This document shows positions 1-12,959 of a stretch of DNA of 64,000 nt, in pieces (position 1 is the first letter of the stretch; each line of letters opens with the position of its first letter). The stretch comes from Octopus vulgaris. Lineage: Eukaryota. Both the position numbers and the translations under genes were made by a program. The DNA lies in NCBI GenBank assembly GCA_951406725.2, contig OX597822.1:32054001-32118000 (forward strand), written 5' to 3'. Below the pieces are notes generated by a model. The model was not told the origin of the DNA and ran no database searches. It saw nothing but the letters and a program-made list of their open reading frames with translations.

Positions 1-665
1 TATGTATGTGGCTCATAATCATATAAACTATGCTTCTCTAGTCTTTCAGCACATATTCGCTGTGATTGGTTACGCCTTTTTATGCTGGTTAAATAGTGCA
101 CTCATCAGTTTGCTCCTTTCTTGTCAAACATTATACTTTTCCCTGTGGCCTATGCCAAACTACTGGAAGATTAAACGTAGTGTATCATTTTGCTACACAT
201 AAACAATACATCTAAACGTCTAAAATAACCTTTCAAATTCAAGCCTAGAACCGCCACCACAGCTCTCGTCATTTTATGCAAGTCGCATTTAAGCAATATT
301 CACATAAATTAGGATGTTAATAATCCTACTATGCTTACAAACACGATTAAGCTATAACTATTAGGTCACCTCGTACTATTGCTTTTATGGGTAATTTCTG
401 CAACTACAAAGGACGTTGCTCCTTTGAAATAAGAATCCTTTGAAAATAAGGATCTGCTAATACCTATGCACTCCTTACATTATATATTATATGTTGTCAG
501 TCTTACAGTATATGATACCCAAACGTTGCACGTCCAACTTGCCTGGTTACTCTCCCGCAGAAAACGCTGCTCACCAACATACTCCTATATTGCTCGGACT
601 TGTGCATCTGAGGGAAACTCTCAAGGTGCTTAAATGATCATTTATGACCGAAGGGGGTCTTTACT

Positions 666-723
<58 letters not shown>

Positions 724-731
724 GCATAGTA

Positions 732-998
<267 letters not shown>

Positions 999-1304
999 GT
1001 ATATACTCAAAATAAGCAACAAGAATGACTCCGGTAATTTGGTACAATCGTTTCGTACTACATCATTTTATTAAATGTTGTAAGTATTACAACAGTTTTA
1101 AAATGCTGAATACTCATCAGCCAATTATAGAGGTTTTCCATTAATACAAACATTTTCATATCAAGTGGCAATATTATAGAGGAGGTAGATACATAGACAA
1201 AGATGTGGATTTAACTTTTAAGAACATTTGGGGTAGTTGAGCTCATCAACTAACTGACTAAGATTCAGTTGTTCTAAACTACTTTACGGTTCTGAGAATG
1301 AAGG

Positions 1305-1338
<34 letters not shown>

Positions 1339-1340
<2 letters not shown>

Positions 1341-2873
1341 TAGTTTCAGCTCAGAACTGCGGCCATGCTGATGCACCGCCGTTTTCTGTTACACTGTTAT
1401 TACGACGAACCTCGTCTAATATGTGGCACTTGGTGAAGAATGGAGTTTGATATAGCTATTCTCATTTGCACCTCTTGCCGTGAGGTAGGTTCATCTGGGA
1501 CTCTTGACAGGAAGATGTCCAGCTTTGATTTAAAGAGCGCTATCTCTACTTTGTGCAAGTTCCTCAGACTCTTTGGGAGAATATTAAAAAGCTGTGGGCC
1601 CTTGAAACCCAGGCTGTTGCAGAAGCTGGTCCTGAAGCGTGATGGCATTGCTGGGATCTTGGGCACTATGCAGTGTCGTCCCGTTCTTGCATTGGTGTAG
1701 CTTACAATGCCAAAATTTGGCACAATTCCTTCCAGGATCTTCCAGACATATATTACTGCATACCTCTCCCGTTTTCTCCCCAGGGATTAGTGTCTTAGCT
1801 GTTTCAACCTTTCCCAGTAGCTGAGCTGTTGCAAAGAGACGATCTTCTTTGTGAATCTTCTCTGGATTGCTTCAAGGTCCGCTGTTAATTTTACACTGGT
1901 GGGTGACCATAGCTGTGAGCAGTAATCTAGGCGACTGAGGACGAATGTCCGCCAGAGGACCATCATGCTTTCCTTATCTCTGGTTCTGAATGTTCTTAGG
2001 ATCCACCCAGCCAGTCGTCTGCACTTTGTCTCCATCCTGGTAATGTGCACTTGGAAAGAGGTATCATCACTCATGTCGATACCCAGGACCCTCACAGACT
2101 TAGGCTGTGGGATTCAAATTCCCTGTGGACCGGTGTATCCTGTAAGTTTCATATTCAGTTTTGGATGCTTGTAGCGGAGGGCCTGGAATTTTTCAGCATT
2201 AAACTGCATATTATTATCCTCAGCCCATCTGTAGATTGAGTCCAACTCCTGCTGCAGGTGTGCAACATCGCTGGGGTTCTGTATTTTCTGCGATACTTTC
2301 GTATCGTCTGCATAGCTGGCCAGAGTGGCTATCCGGGCATTTGAGGGCATATCTGAGAGGGCCACTATAAAAAGCAGTGGTCCCAAGACAGTGCCCTGCG
2401 GAACACCGCTCACTATTTGTGTGTTCATAGATGTGGCTCCATTAACCACTACTGCCTGATTCCTATCTTTCAGGAAGTCATGCAACCACACTCCAAGTTT
2501 TCCAGCTATGCCGAGGTCACGCAGTTTGTGGCATGTCATACCATGATCCACCTTGTCAAAAGCTTTTGCAAAATCAAGGTAGATTACGTCCACATTTGAT
2601 TTGTTAAGTAACTGCCTCAACACCCAGTCATAATGCTGTAAGACCTGGGTCAGGCAGCTCCTACCTAGTCGAAAACCATGCTGGGTTTCACTTAGCAAGT
2701 TATTTTCCTTAAGAAATGCGATTAGTTTCTTTCCGACTATCCTTTCCATGACTTTGCTGATGTGTGAAGTCAGAGAGATAAGCCTATAGTTTTTGGCATC
2801 TGCTCTACGTCCCCCTTTATGTATTGGGCATATTATTCCCTCCTTCAGCTTGCTTGGCAGTTTGCTATTCGCA

Positions 2874-2875
<2 letters not shown>
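1339..2875 (-). mobile_element. 5'-truncated CR1-group LINE (RT and C-terminus, frameshifted) between two (TA)n tracts
   Basis: RT motifs NYRLISLTS, QHGFRLGRSC, YLDFAKAFDKVDH, SGVPQGTVLGPLLF, YADD and LDYCSQLWSP spread over ORFs 2114-2749, 1787-2095 and 1400-1723. Short 3' UTR at 1339-1399. Confidence 0.92.
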
Positions 2876-2930
<55 letters not shown>

Positions 2931-3172
2931 TATATATGCATATGTAAATGTCGAACAAAAAAATGAGTTCTTTATTTGTATAGTAAGGCTAACATTGGTA
3001 ATATGTTAAGAAAAGCATCCTAATATCTCCACAATTTTTAAAGCCGATCTCATGGAGGAATGGAGTTCGTCTCCATTTACAATGAAAAATTATGATATTA
3101 AGATATTTTTCTCTCAACACGAAACCAATGGTAGCCTTAAGACACCCACACTCACACTCTTATACACACATG

Positions 3173-3211
<39 letters not shown>

Positions 3212-3696
3212 CCATATATTATAGACATATTTGCATATCTACATATATATAAACATGAATATTTATGTATACATACACAAGTATATGACGGACTACTGCA
3301 CTCTTACTGCATTTGTCTTCAGTTTATGCATACAATTGACATTATTTGCATAAGATGCCACACATAGCCAGCCGTAACCTACGTGGATATGAACCAAGAA
3401 CAGAAATTCTTAACCACAAGTATCACATCATTCTTAGTGGTCCACACATTTTGAGACACAAATTATTCAAGTGGGAGTTATTGTGTGATTCCAGAAGATA
3501 CTTTAACGAATTTCAATCATGTGAGAGGGTTAATATATATAGTTTGGCAATAGTCTCTCTGAACTAGTTTGCTTGTTATTTTTTTACCCATATTTTTTTG
3601 ACATTTTTCTAACGAAGAGATGCCTTGACGAAAGTTTGGTATGTATAATTTGGCAACCTGTGCAATATCGGTGCATACATATTTTATACAATCAGA

Positions 3697-3750
<54 letters not shown>

Positions 3751-4044
3751 ATGAGTGTGTTTGAGTCTATGTGTGAGTACTAGTGTGTATAATATTATGA
3801 ATTTATATACGTATATATATATATATACACATAGATACATACACACTCATATATGCACGTTACTTACATATGCGTAATACTTACACATACATACACGCAC
3901 ACACACATTTTTTAATTCTCTTATTCTTATATATGTTTCAGTCCAATGACTGTGACCATGCTGGAGCACCGCCAATATAAACATCATGACAGTTAGACAG
4001 ATAGTTAGAAAGAGTGGTAAATAGATTAATAGATAGATTGAAAG

Positions 4045-4075
<31 letters not shown>

Positions 4076-4081
4076 GATAGG

Positions 4082-4123
<42 letters not shown>

Positions 4124-5488
4124 CAGTGGAAGAGGCGAAAGGTGAATGGATAGATGGACGTAGGAGAAAGGTCTAGAGAGAGAGAGAAACAGAAAGAGAG
4201 TGAGCGACAGTGAGAGAAAGAGAGATAGAGAGAGAGAGATACAGTGGGAGAGCGAGAGAAAGATAGAGAGAAAAGTATTGGGAATGAGAGATTGAGGTGA
4301 GAAATAAACACAAAGATGTGTGAGATAATAGAGACATAATGCAGAAAATGTATAGAGAGGCAAATGTAATATAGAGAGTGGCAGACAGTAAGTAAGAGTT
4401 TTACCGATCAATAGATGGGAGATATAAAGATATGCAGAGGGAATGAGTGATAAGTAAAAGGGTGGAAATATATATAATGTTCGTGTGTGTTTGCTTCTAT
4501 ATATAACGAGAAACGGGGAAGAAGGGGGACGGCGATAGAGAAGGGGGTAAGAAAGGACAGATTCGATGAATAGAAATTGATGGGAAGAGAGAGAGAGAGA
4601 GAGGTGAGCGAGAAGATTATGTAAGTGTTATGTCAGTGCGGTGATTTGTGGTTTCACTAGGTTAAAACAGTGAGACAGCTGGACGTAACAAACGACAAAA
4701 TAGTAAAAATAACAACCAACAATATACTTGAAACCTTGCTTTTTTTTGGTGTTAATGTTTGACTACAAATACATTCAAGTTAAAAACGAAAATTTTTCTT
4801 CTCAGGCGTCTTGTTTGTTTTCTCATTAATAATTTGGCAACTTGGCAGTTCGGCTATCATCATGTCCATCCACCGTTAATAAAAATAAAGACATTAGTTT
4901 CGTAACTGAATCAAAATTTGAATAAAATGTCACGTAAGTAGATTATAACCGCTAGACATCTGATACTGAATAAATCACTAACTAAATTTTGATCATACTA
5001 TTGTTCAAACATTTATATTATCTCGAAGCCTTTCTGTAAAACTCAAGAACGTGCGCATTCCAATTACTTTTACATATTAGCATACTTCTACAACCTATTC
5101 TTATTTTTGAAGTGTTTGTCTAACATGATTTAAATTATCTCTGTATTTTACATACAGTCCGGCTACGGATCCTTAATATTCTATGTCATTTTATTCTCGT
5201 TTTATCTGGAATCACCTTAGTCGTCTCCTTTCATGACATATTAAACTCTGATTACGCCTCGCACACTATTCCCTTCAACTTGTCTTATTACGTTTCCACA
5301 ATTTCCATTCCTGAGGTGAAATAAGTAATATTCTACAAGTGGTCTTTATTACGATTTTGACAATTTGCCTTACAAAATCGCAATAAATCGTAATCTTCAA
5401 CTGTCCAACATGATTTAAAGTATTCATGTATTTAACTCAGCGTCTAGTTTCGTGTCTGTTATAAACGACAGTGTATGTACTGTATGTA

Positions 5489-5536
<48 letters not shown>

Positions 5537-5612
5537 TACATATATACATATATATATACATTCATATATACATACATACATATATATATATGCATATACA
5601 CATATGTATATT

Positions 5613-5673
<61 letters not shown>

Positions 5674-5780
5674 GTATCGACGGATAAATTAATATTTATG
5701 TATATATGTGTATCTATTTATAGATGTATCTTTCCTCTTCTCTTTTGTGTCACTGTTTCTCGTCCTATCTCTCTCTGTGA

Positions 5781-5859
<79 letters not shown>

Positions 5860-6227
5860 TGTGTGTGTATGTGTATGTGTGTGTGTATGAGTGAGTATAT
5901 TTCAATAAATTCTTTCCGTCCAGAATTACTTTTGCTCCCAGTTGTACAACATATTTACAGAAGGCATATGACACAGGCTACGAGCCAAAAGCGGATCTAT
6001 TAAATCGAAGGAGCAGGCGACAACTCGCTGATGCTATAACTTATTTAAATCTATTTCTACATGACGAATTCTTCTACAGATTTCCATAAGAAATTAAATT
6101 CATGATCTGCTGAAAATATCATGAGAGAGCGCTGTGTTTGTGTGCGCATTATCAACGTTATACACGTAGTTGTCTTAATGTAAAACTGTTTAATGTGATT
6201 ACATTCGCATAATAATTACGTATTATG

Positions 6228-6385
6228 GCACAGGCGTGGCTGTATGGTAAGTAGCTTGCTTATAAACCACACGGTTCCAGATTCAGTGCCACGCAGGTGT
6301 CTCTTCTTCTATAGCCTCGGACCGACCAAACCCTTGTGAGTGGATTTGGTAGACGAAAATTGAAAGTAGGCTGTCATATACATAT
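6228..6385 (+). mobile_element. SINE family A, 5' half (interrupted by the Naiad PLE)
   Basis: GGCGTGGCTGTATGGTAAG...CCTTGTGAGTGGATTTGGTAGACG...CTGTCATATA. It ends where intact copies enter their central (AT)n tract. Confidence 0.85.
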
Positions 6386-6645
6386 TTAGCAGCTCTAACA
6401 AACAACTCGCAGCAACCTAAATCTATTCTCGATGCCTGCCTTTCTACTACACTTTTCCATTCCCAATTCCAAGCAACGCTAGCCCACCAACCGGTTACAA
6501 TTCCCAACTCCACCCATTCATTCACAATTTCAACGACGTTCACCTCCACAGCGCTACATATAAGCCTCAACATATACACCGGAGATACGCTTTCACAACC
6601 GTGCGGAAGGGTGAGAGTATACATTAAGTGTAGTGATGGGGCTCC
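6386..6645 (-). repeat. 260-bp inverted copy of 11756-12015 at the 5' end of the PLE
   Basis: Near-exact reverse complement. This is why ORFs 6283-6702(-) and 11672-12025(+) share the same peptide. Confidence 0.95.
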
Positions 6646-7969
6646 TCCATTCATTATTTTAAAGATGTTCGTTTCCAGAGCGGTTATATATTTTTTATAC
6701 ATATGTTAAGTTCCTTGGTAAAGTAATTTTGTTTGGTGTATATGTTGAGGCTTATATGTACTTGTGGGTGTGTGTGAGTGGGGTGGGTGTTTGTATTTGT
6801 TATGGGTGTGTGGTTTACGTGTGTGTATTTGTGTGTGAATGTATAGGTTAAAGGGATTGCTATATAAGTATGTTATAGTGTTTAGTAAAGGGAGGTTTTA
6901 TCATTTATGTTTTGTGAGTTTTAGCTTATCATGGTAGTTTTATAAAAGAATCCATTCATATTTTTTGTGTTTATTTGTCTGTGTGGGGTTGAGTGGGTTT
7001 TTGGAGTATATGTTGAGGTTTATATGTATGTATAGGTATGTGTAAGTGGTGTGGGTATTTGTATATGTCGTGGGTGTGTGGTTTATGTGTGTGTATTTGT
7101 GTGTGAATGTTTAGGCTAGGGGGATTGCTATATAGGTATGTTATAGAGTTTAGTAAAGGGAGATTTTATCATTATATGTTTTTATGAGTTTTGGTTTATC
7201 ATGGTAGGTTTGTTGAGGAATTCGTAGTAATTTGTGTCTATTTGCGATGTCTGTTGTTTTATTGCATTGTTTCATTCATAATTTTTAAGTAGTGTTCGTT
7301 TTACCAAGTGAATATAATTTTTAATTCCATTTATTCCATTTCTCCGTTCATAATTTTAAGTGATGTCCGTTTTCTAGAGCGTGAATGTGGGTTGTATGTG
7401 TGTGTGTGTGGGAGTATGAATTAGTATTGTGTTGAAGTATTTAGCTATTTTATTTATTTATAGTTGCCTAGACGTTTTTATGTGTATGTATAGGGATATA
7501 TTTATAGGTGTGTGATTTAGTGTATGTAGTTAGATATGGTTATATATAATTAGGTATATGTGTATGGGTGTATATATAGTTTATTATTATATTATTATTA
7601 TTTTTTTGTTTTGTTTTATATTTTATATTTTATATTTTATATTTTATATTTTATATTTTATATTTAATTGTTGATAGGTTTATTTTAGTTTATATATTGT
7701 TTATATATTGATTATATATGGATTATATATAGGTTATATATGGATTATATATTTATATTTTTTCATTCATACTTTAATTATTTTAAAATTATTATTTTAT
7801 ATTTTAAAATATTGATATTTTAGATTGGAAGTCCACCTGAAGATTGTCGATCAAGACAAGTAACAATTGTAGTGGCGGTTTTTTTGACTATTTATTAAAA
7901 TTTTATGTATTGATTAAGTCTTTCCTTGTTTGTTTTGCAAAATAGTGGTTTTGTCTCTAATAATATTTT
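6645..7969 (+). repeat. 5' pseudo-LTR (direct repeat of 12960-14284)
   Basis: About 1325 bp at offset 6315, with only a handful of substitutions seen by eye. Confidence 0.95.
7833..7875 (+). ncRNA. Type I hammerhead ribozyme in the 5' pLTR, core mutated (GAAA>GTAA)
   Basis: CCAC-CTGAAGA-TTGTC-gatcaa-GACAA-GTAA-CAATTG-TA-GTGG. Confidence 0.75.
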
Positions 7970-8106
7970 AATATTTTACTATAAAATTGGATTTAATCCT
8001 AAATCTGATTTTTTCCCTGTAAATTTGGATTTATTCCCTAATATTTATTATTTATATAATATTGATAATTTTGTATATTGAGTGTAATACCTCAATTTCG
8101 TAATTT

Positions 8107-10627
8107 ATGGATTTTACAGGTAAGATAGAACCGCTGTTTTGGGATTCATCTTTGAAAGATATTCCTATTCCTTCTAGAAAGGAATTTATCTTGAAACTTG
8201 TTAATAATGTTAAAGATTTTATTTCTAGAATTAAATGGAAAGCTTTTTACTATAATTTTTATTTATTTAATGATATTGATAGTAGGAATGATAATTTTAC
8301 CTCTAAATTTAAATCTAGAAAGGAACCTCCATTTAATAAAGAATTACAATTACTTGAAGATAGTATATGGAAGGTGGTAAAAAATATTGAATTCCATAAA
8401 TACCCAAATAGAAATAATGAATATTTAAGGAATTTAGCAATTAAAATTAAAGATATGAGAAATATGGATGGTATTATAGTACAATCTGATAAAACAAGGA
8501 ACCTATATAAATTAGATGTTAAATTATATGATAAACTATTAGGAAAAGAAATAATTAAAAAATATAAAATTGTTCCAGATGATATTCTTTATAATATTTA
8601 TAAGGCCTCTAAAGTAGTAATGTTAAAATATGAGTTGGATAATAAAACTGAACCTTATGTACCTTTGCACCCCAGAATTACTCTTAAAGACCATAAAGAT
8701 AATTTTTATTCAGACCCTAAAGTTAGATTAATTTGCCCATGTAAATCGGACCTAGGTAAATTAAGTAAATTTATTTTAGATAAATATATTGATAAGTTAA
8801 ATAAATTTAATTATTTAAAATTATGGTTTAGTAATAATAATACATTGAAATGGTTTAATAATATTAAAGATAAAAATCGTTATAAATTTATTCAAATAGA
8901 TATAGATAATTATTATTCTTCTATTAATGAAATTGTGTTTAATAAAGCGCTTATTTTCGCAATGAATAAAGTGGGTATGTCACGGGAAGAAGTTAATGTA
9001 ATTAAAATGGCTAGGAAATCGCTAATTAAATATAAAAATAAATTATGGGCTAGGAATGATACTAGAGATTGTTTTGATATACCTATGGGAGCACCAGATT
9101 CTGCACAGGCTACTGATTTAGTAGGTATTTTTCTTTTATCTGAACTCCAATTAGAAAATCTTAAGATAGAGGGTGGTTTATATAGAGACGATCTTCTACT
9201 AGTTACAAAGAATTGTACTAATAGGAATCTAGAAGTATATAAGAAAAAATTATATAGTTTCTTTAAAAGATATGGTTTAAGTATTACTATATATAAGGAG
9301 AATTATAATGTTAATTATTTAGATGTTAATTTTAATCTTATTACAGGTAAAACACAACCATATCATAAACTTAATGAGAACCTTAGATATATAAATGTTA
9401 ATAGTAATCACCCATTTTCTATTAAAAAATCGTTGATTAATAATATAAGTAAACGTATTTCATTACTCTCTTATGATATAGAGATTTTTAATAAACATGC
9501 TAATTATTATAATGAGGCCCTTAGAGGGGCAGGTTATAATAGGAATATTAAATTTTTTAATATTAGTGATAAAGATTTAATTGATAATTTTCGAGATACT
9601 TCTAATAATAATTATAATTTTGTTAGGTTTAGTGGTATAAATAATAGATATTATAAAAAAAAATAATAAAAATGATAAAAATATAAATAAGAATAATAAT
9701 AATAATAATAAATATAATAATAATAATAATATAAATAAGAATAATAAAAATAAAAATAAATTTAATAATTATTATAATAATTATATTGATAAAATTAATA
9801 ATATTAATAATTCCTTAAATGATGTACATAGATATAATTTTGATAATAATTTTAATAAAATAAAGAATTATAAATATATTTATAATAATGATAATAATAA
9901 TAAGGTTAATAAGAATAAAATTTGGTTAATAGTTCCTTATGGAGATCAAGTAAAAACGAATATTATTAAAGAGATTTTAGATGTTATAGAACTATTTATT
10001 AGAGATAATCGTAAATATAGAAACATTTTCTCTTTTAATGATTTTGGAGTTGGTTATTCTACCACTAATAATGTTGGTAACATTATTTCTTCATTTAATA
10101 AATATAAACTGAATAATTTTTATAAAAAGAAATTATTTGATAATAATATTAATAATGATAAGACTTATATTAATTGTACATGTAGAGATAAATCTAATTG
10201 TATATTAAATAATAATTGTGATATTAACGATGTAGTGTATAAATGTATAGTTACATTACATGATAATAACTTTAAGAATAATAATTACCCAAAAGCGGTT
10301 TATATAGGTTCTACTTCCTCAAAAATAAAACTAAGAATCGCACAACATATGAATTCTTTTAAAAATAAAAACTTAATCAACTCAACCGGACTTAGTAAGT
10401 ACATTTGGAGTCTTAAATCACTAAATATTAATTATAGTTTAATTTGGGAAATAATTTGTAAAACTAAATCATATACTATAGGAGCTAATTGTTGTTATTT
10501 ATGCTCTAATGAGTTTAAAGAAATTTTATTTTATAAGTATGATAATTTACTTAATACTGGTGAAGAGCGCAAAATAAAATGCAGACATAAGTTACTTTAC
10601 CTATATAATAAGTTTCATGATAAATAG
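8107..10627 (+). CDS. Naiad-type PLE polyprotein (RT + C-terminal GIY-YIG endonuclease), one +1 frameshift at the A9 run 9655-9663; about 839 aa if repaired
   Basis: SLKDIPIP..RIKWKAF, QSDKTRN, KVRLICPCKS, IDIDNYYSSI, IPMGAPDS, LYRDD, NYLDV, SNHPFSI. After the shift the frame is stop-free through KIWLIVPY, CTC..C..C, VVYKC..VYIGST..RIAQH..SF, CYLC..E, LLN..E..CRH. Confidence 0.92.
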
Positions 10628-12959
10628 CAATAATAGTTCCCTATTAGATTACTTTAGTTTAGTTTAAATTAGTTTAGATAATATATTTTTTGGTTATGTA
10701 GTCTAGGCTTTAATTATAGTTAGTCTTTATTGATATTTCTTTGTTTTAATTAGTTCATTTTTAATGTATATTAATATAACAATTTATGGTATGTTAAAAC
10801 TTTAATAATTTATATTAGGTTTTTTTTTCTTTATTTATATATTTTTTTATTTTTATTTTATTTTATTATGTATTTTTATTATGCATTTGTTATATGTATT
10901 TTGGAGGATATATTTATATGTTGATGGGTGTTATTTAGTGGTGTTTTTATTGAGTTTTGTATGTATGTGTGAATGTTTACGATCCCTTTGTTTTTTGTTT
11001 TTTATTTGGTATGTTGAATTGACAGATTCTATTTGGGTATTGTCTGTTATAATAAAGTATACACACCCATAATAAATATAAGTGCCCACTTCATTCGCGC
11101 GTACCTGGAATTGCATGTGAGCCTCAAAATATACACCAAACGGCCACTCCCGCCCCATACGGACTAATTTACACATACATCCCCAAAAATGGGCTTAATC
11201 CCACTTACACCAATCATATGTATACAATTATACACACTAGAATAATACATAACTAACCCAAATATACAGAACATATTAAAAATCACCAACAAACAACCAT
11301 CACAAATGAAACCTACACCCATACAATGACAAAACTCCCCCTCCATACCCAATTTACACCCACATAGCAATCCCAATATATTCATCCATACATGGACGCA
11401 CGTGCGTGAAGCACGTGCACACAATAAATACGTACAACCCCCCAATACACACTCATATACATACGTATTAAGCTCGACATCCACAGCAATACGCATACAC
11501 CCACTCACACCCAGATGGGTGAATTGCACAACCAGGGAACGCACACACACATGTGCGTATTTTGATTGTGCAACTCGCCCATATGCATGTATGCGGGCGC
11601 GATTACATTGTTGCACATATCGAGCCTAACTAGCATGCATATGTACATGTGAGGGGGTACACGTACATGCCGTGCGCGTGTACCCCCTGCATTTATACCC
11701 GTGCGTGAATATACACATGGAGACTACCACACAGGTACAAATGTGTATAGTAATGGGAGCCCCATCACTACACTTAATGTATACTCTCACACATCCGCAC
11801 GGTTGTGAAAGCGTATCTCCGGTGTATATGTTGAGGCTTATATGTAGCGCTGTGGAGGTGAACGTCGTTGAAATTGTGAATGAATGGGTGGAGTTGGGAA
11901 TTGTAACCGGGTGGTGGGCTAGCGTTGCTTGGAATTGGGAATGGAAAAGTGTAGTAGAAAGGCAGGCATCGAGAATAGATTTAGGTTGCTGTGAGTTGTT
12001 TGTTAGAGCTGCTAAGATGAGCTAAAGCTCATAAATGTATATAATAATTTATTATGGTAGTTTTATTAAAGAATCCATTCATAATAAATTTTTTTTAAGT
12101 AGTGATGGTTTGCCACGTGGATATAGTTTTTAGTTCCATTTATTCTATTTCTCCATTCATAATTTTAAATGACGTTTACTTTCCATGGCGCGTATTCTTT
12201 TTTTACATAAGTTATATTTCTATGGTAACGTAATTTTGGTTTGATTTTATTAACGGCTAAGAATTTAATTTCACTTCATAATTTGAAACTGATATGTAAG
12301 TATGTATTTTATTTCTCCTTATGTCATATTGTTATTTTTGATATTCTGGTTAATTACGATGTATTTAATGTTGTTTTTTATTGGAGTGTTTATGTATATG
12401 AGATTGTGTGTGACTTTTTAGTTGTATAATTTATTTATCTGTATGAGTGTGGGTGTGTAAATATTGTTGTATATATCGAGTTTAGTGAGTATGTATATGC
12501 GTATATTGAGGGAGTATATGTATCTGTTGTGTGTGTGTGTTTTGCGTGTGTGTGTGTTTGTGTGTGAATGTGTATATGGGTTTGTTATTTAGGTTTTTGG
12601 GATGTATGTGTTAATTTGTCTGTGTGGGGAGGGAGTGGGTTTTTGGTGTATATTGAGGTTTATAAGTTAGTATAGGTATGTGTATAAGTTGTGGGTCTGT
12701 GGTTTACGTGTGTGGTTTTTTGTGTGTGAATGTTTAGGTTAGGGGAATTGCTATATAGGTTTGTTATAGAGTTTAGCAAAGGGATATTTTATCGTTATAT
12801 GTTTTTAAGAGTTTTGGTTTATCATGGTTTTTTTAGGGAATTCGTGGTAATTTGTCTATTTTCGATGTTGGTTGTTTTATTACATTGTTTCATTCATAAT
12901 TTTTGAGTGGTGTTCGTTTTGCCACGTGAATATTATTTTTAATTCCATTTATTCCATTT

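Noticed and set aside
6283-6702. Duplicated ORF (also 11672-12025) suggesting a small gene
   Set aside because: The identity comes from the recent 260-bp inversion. Starts and stops differ and lie in unrelated flanks, and there is no recognisable domain.
8107-10627. Selenocysteine recoding, reported for some Naiad elements
   Set aside because: No in-frame TGA in the reconstructed ORF; the only break is a frameshift.
11164-11616. 150-aa antisense ORF inside the PLE 3' extension
   Set aside because: Lies in the inverted GT-rich repeat unit, has low-complexity Cys/Val composition, and I saw no matching ORF in the other copies of the unit.
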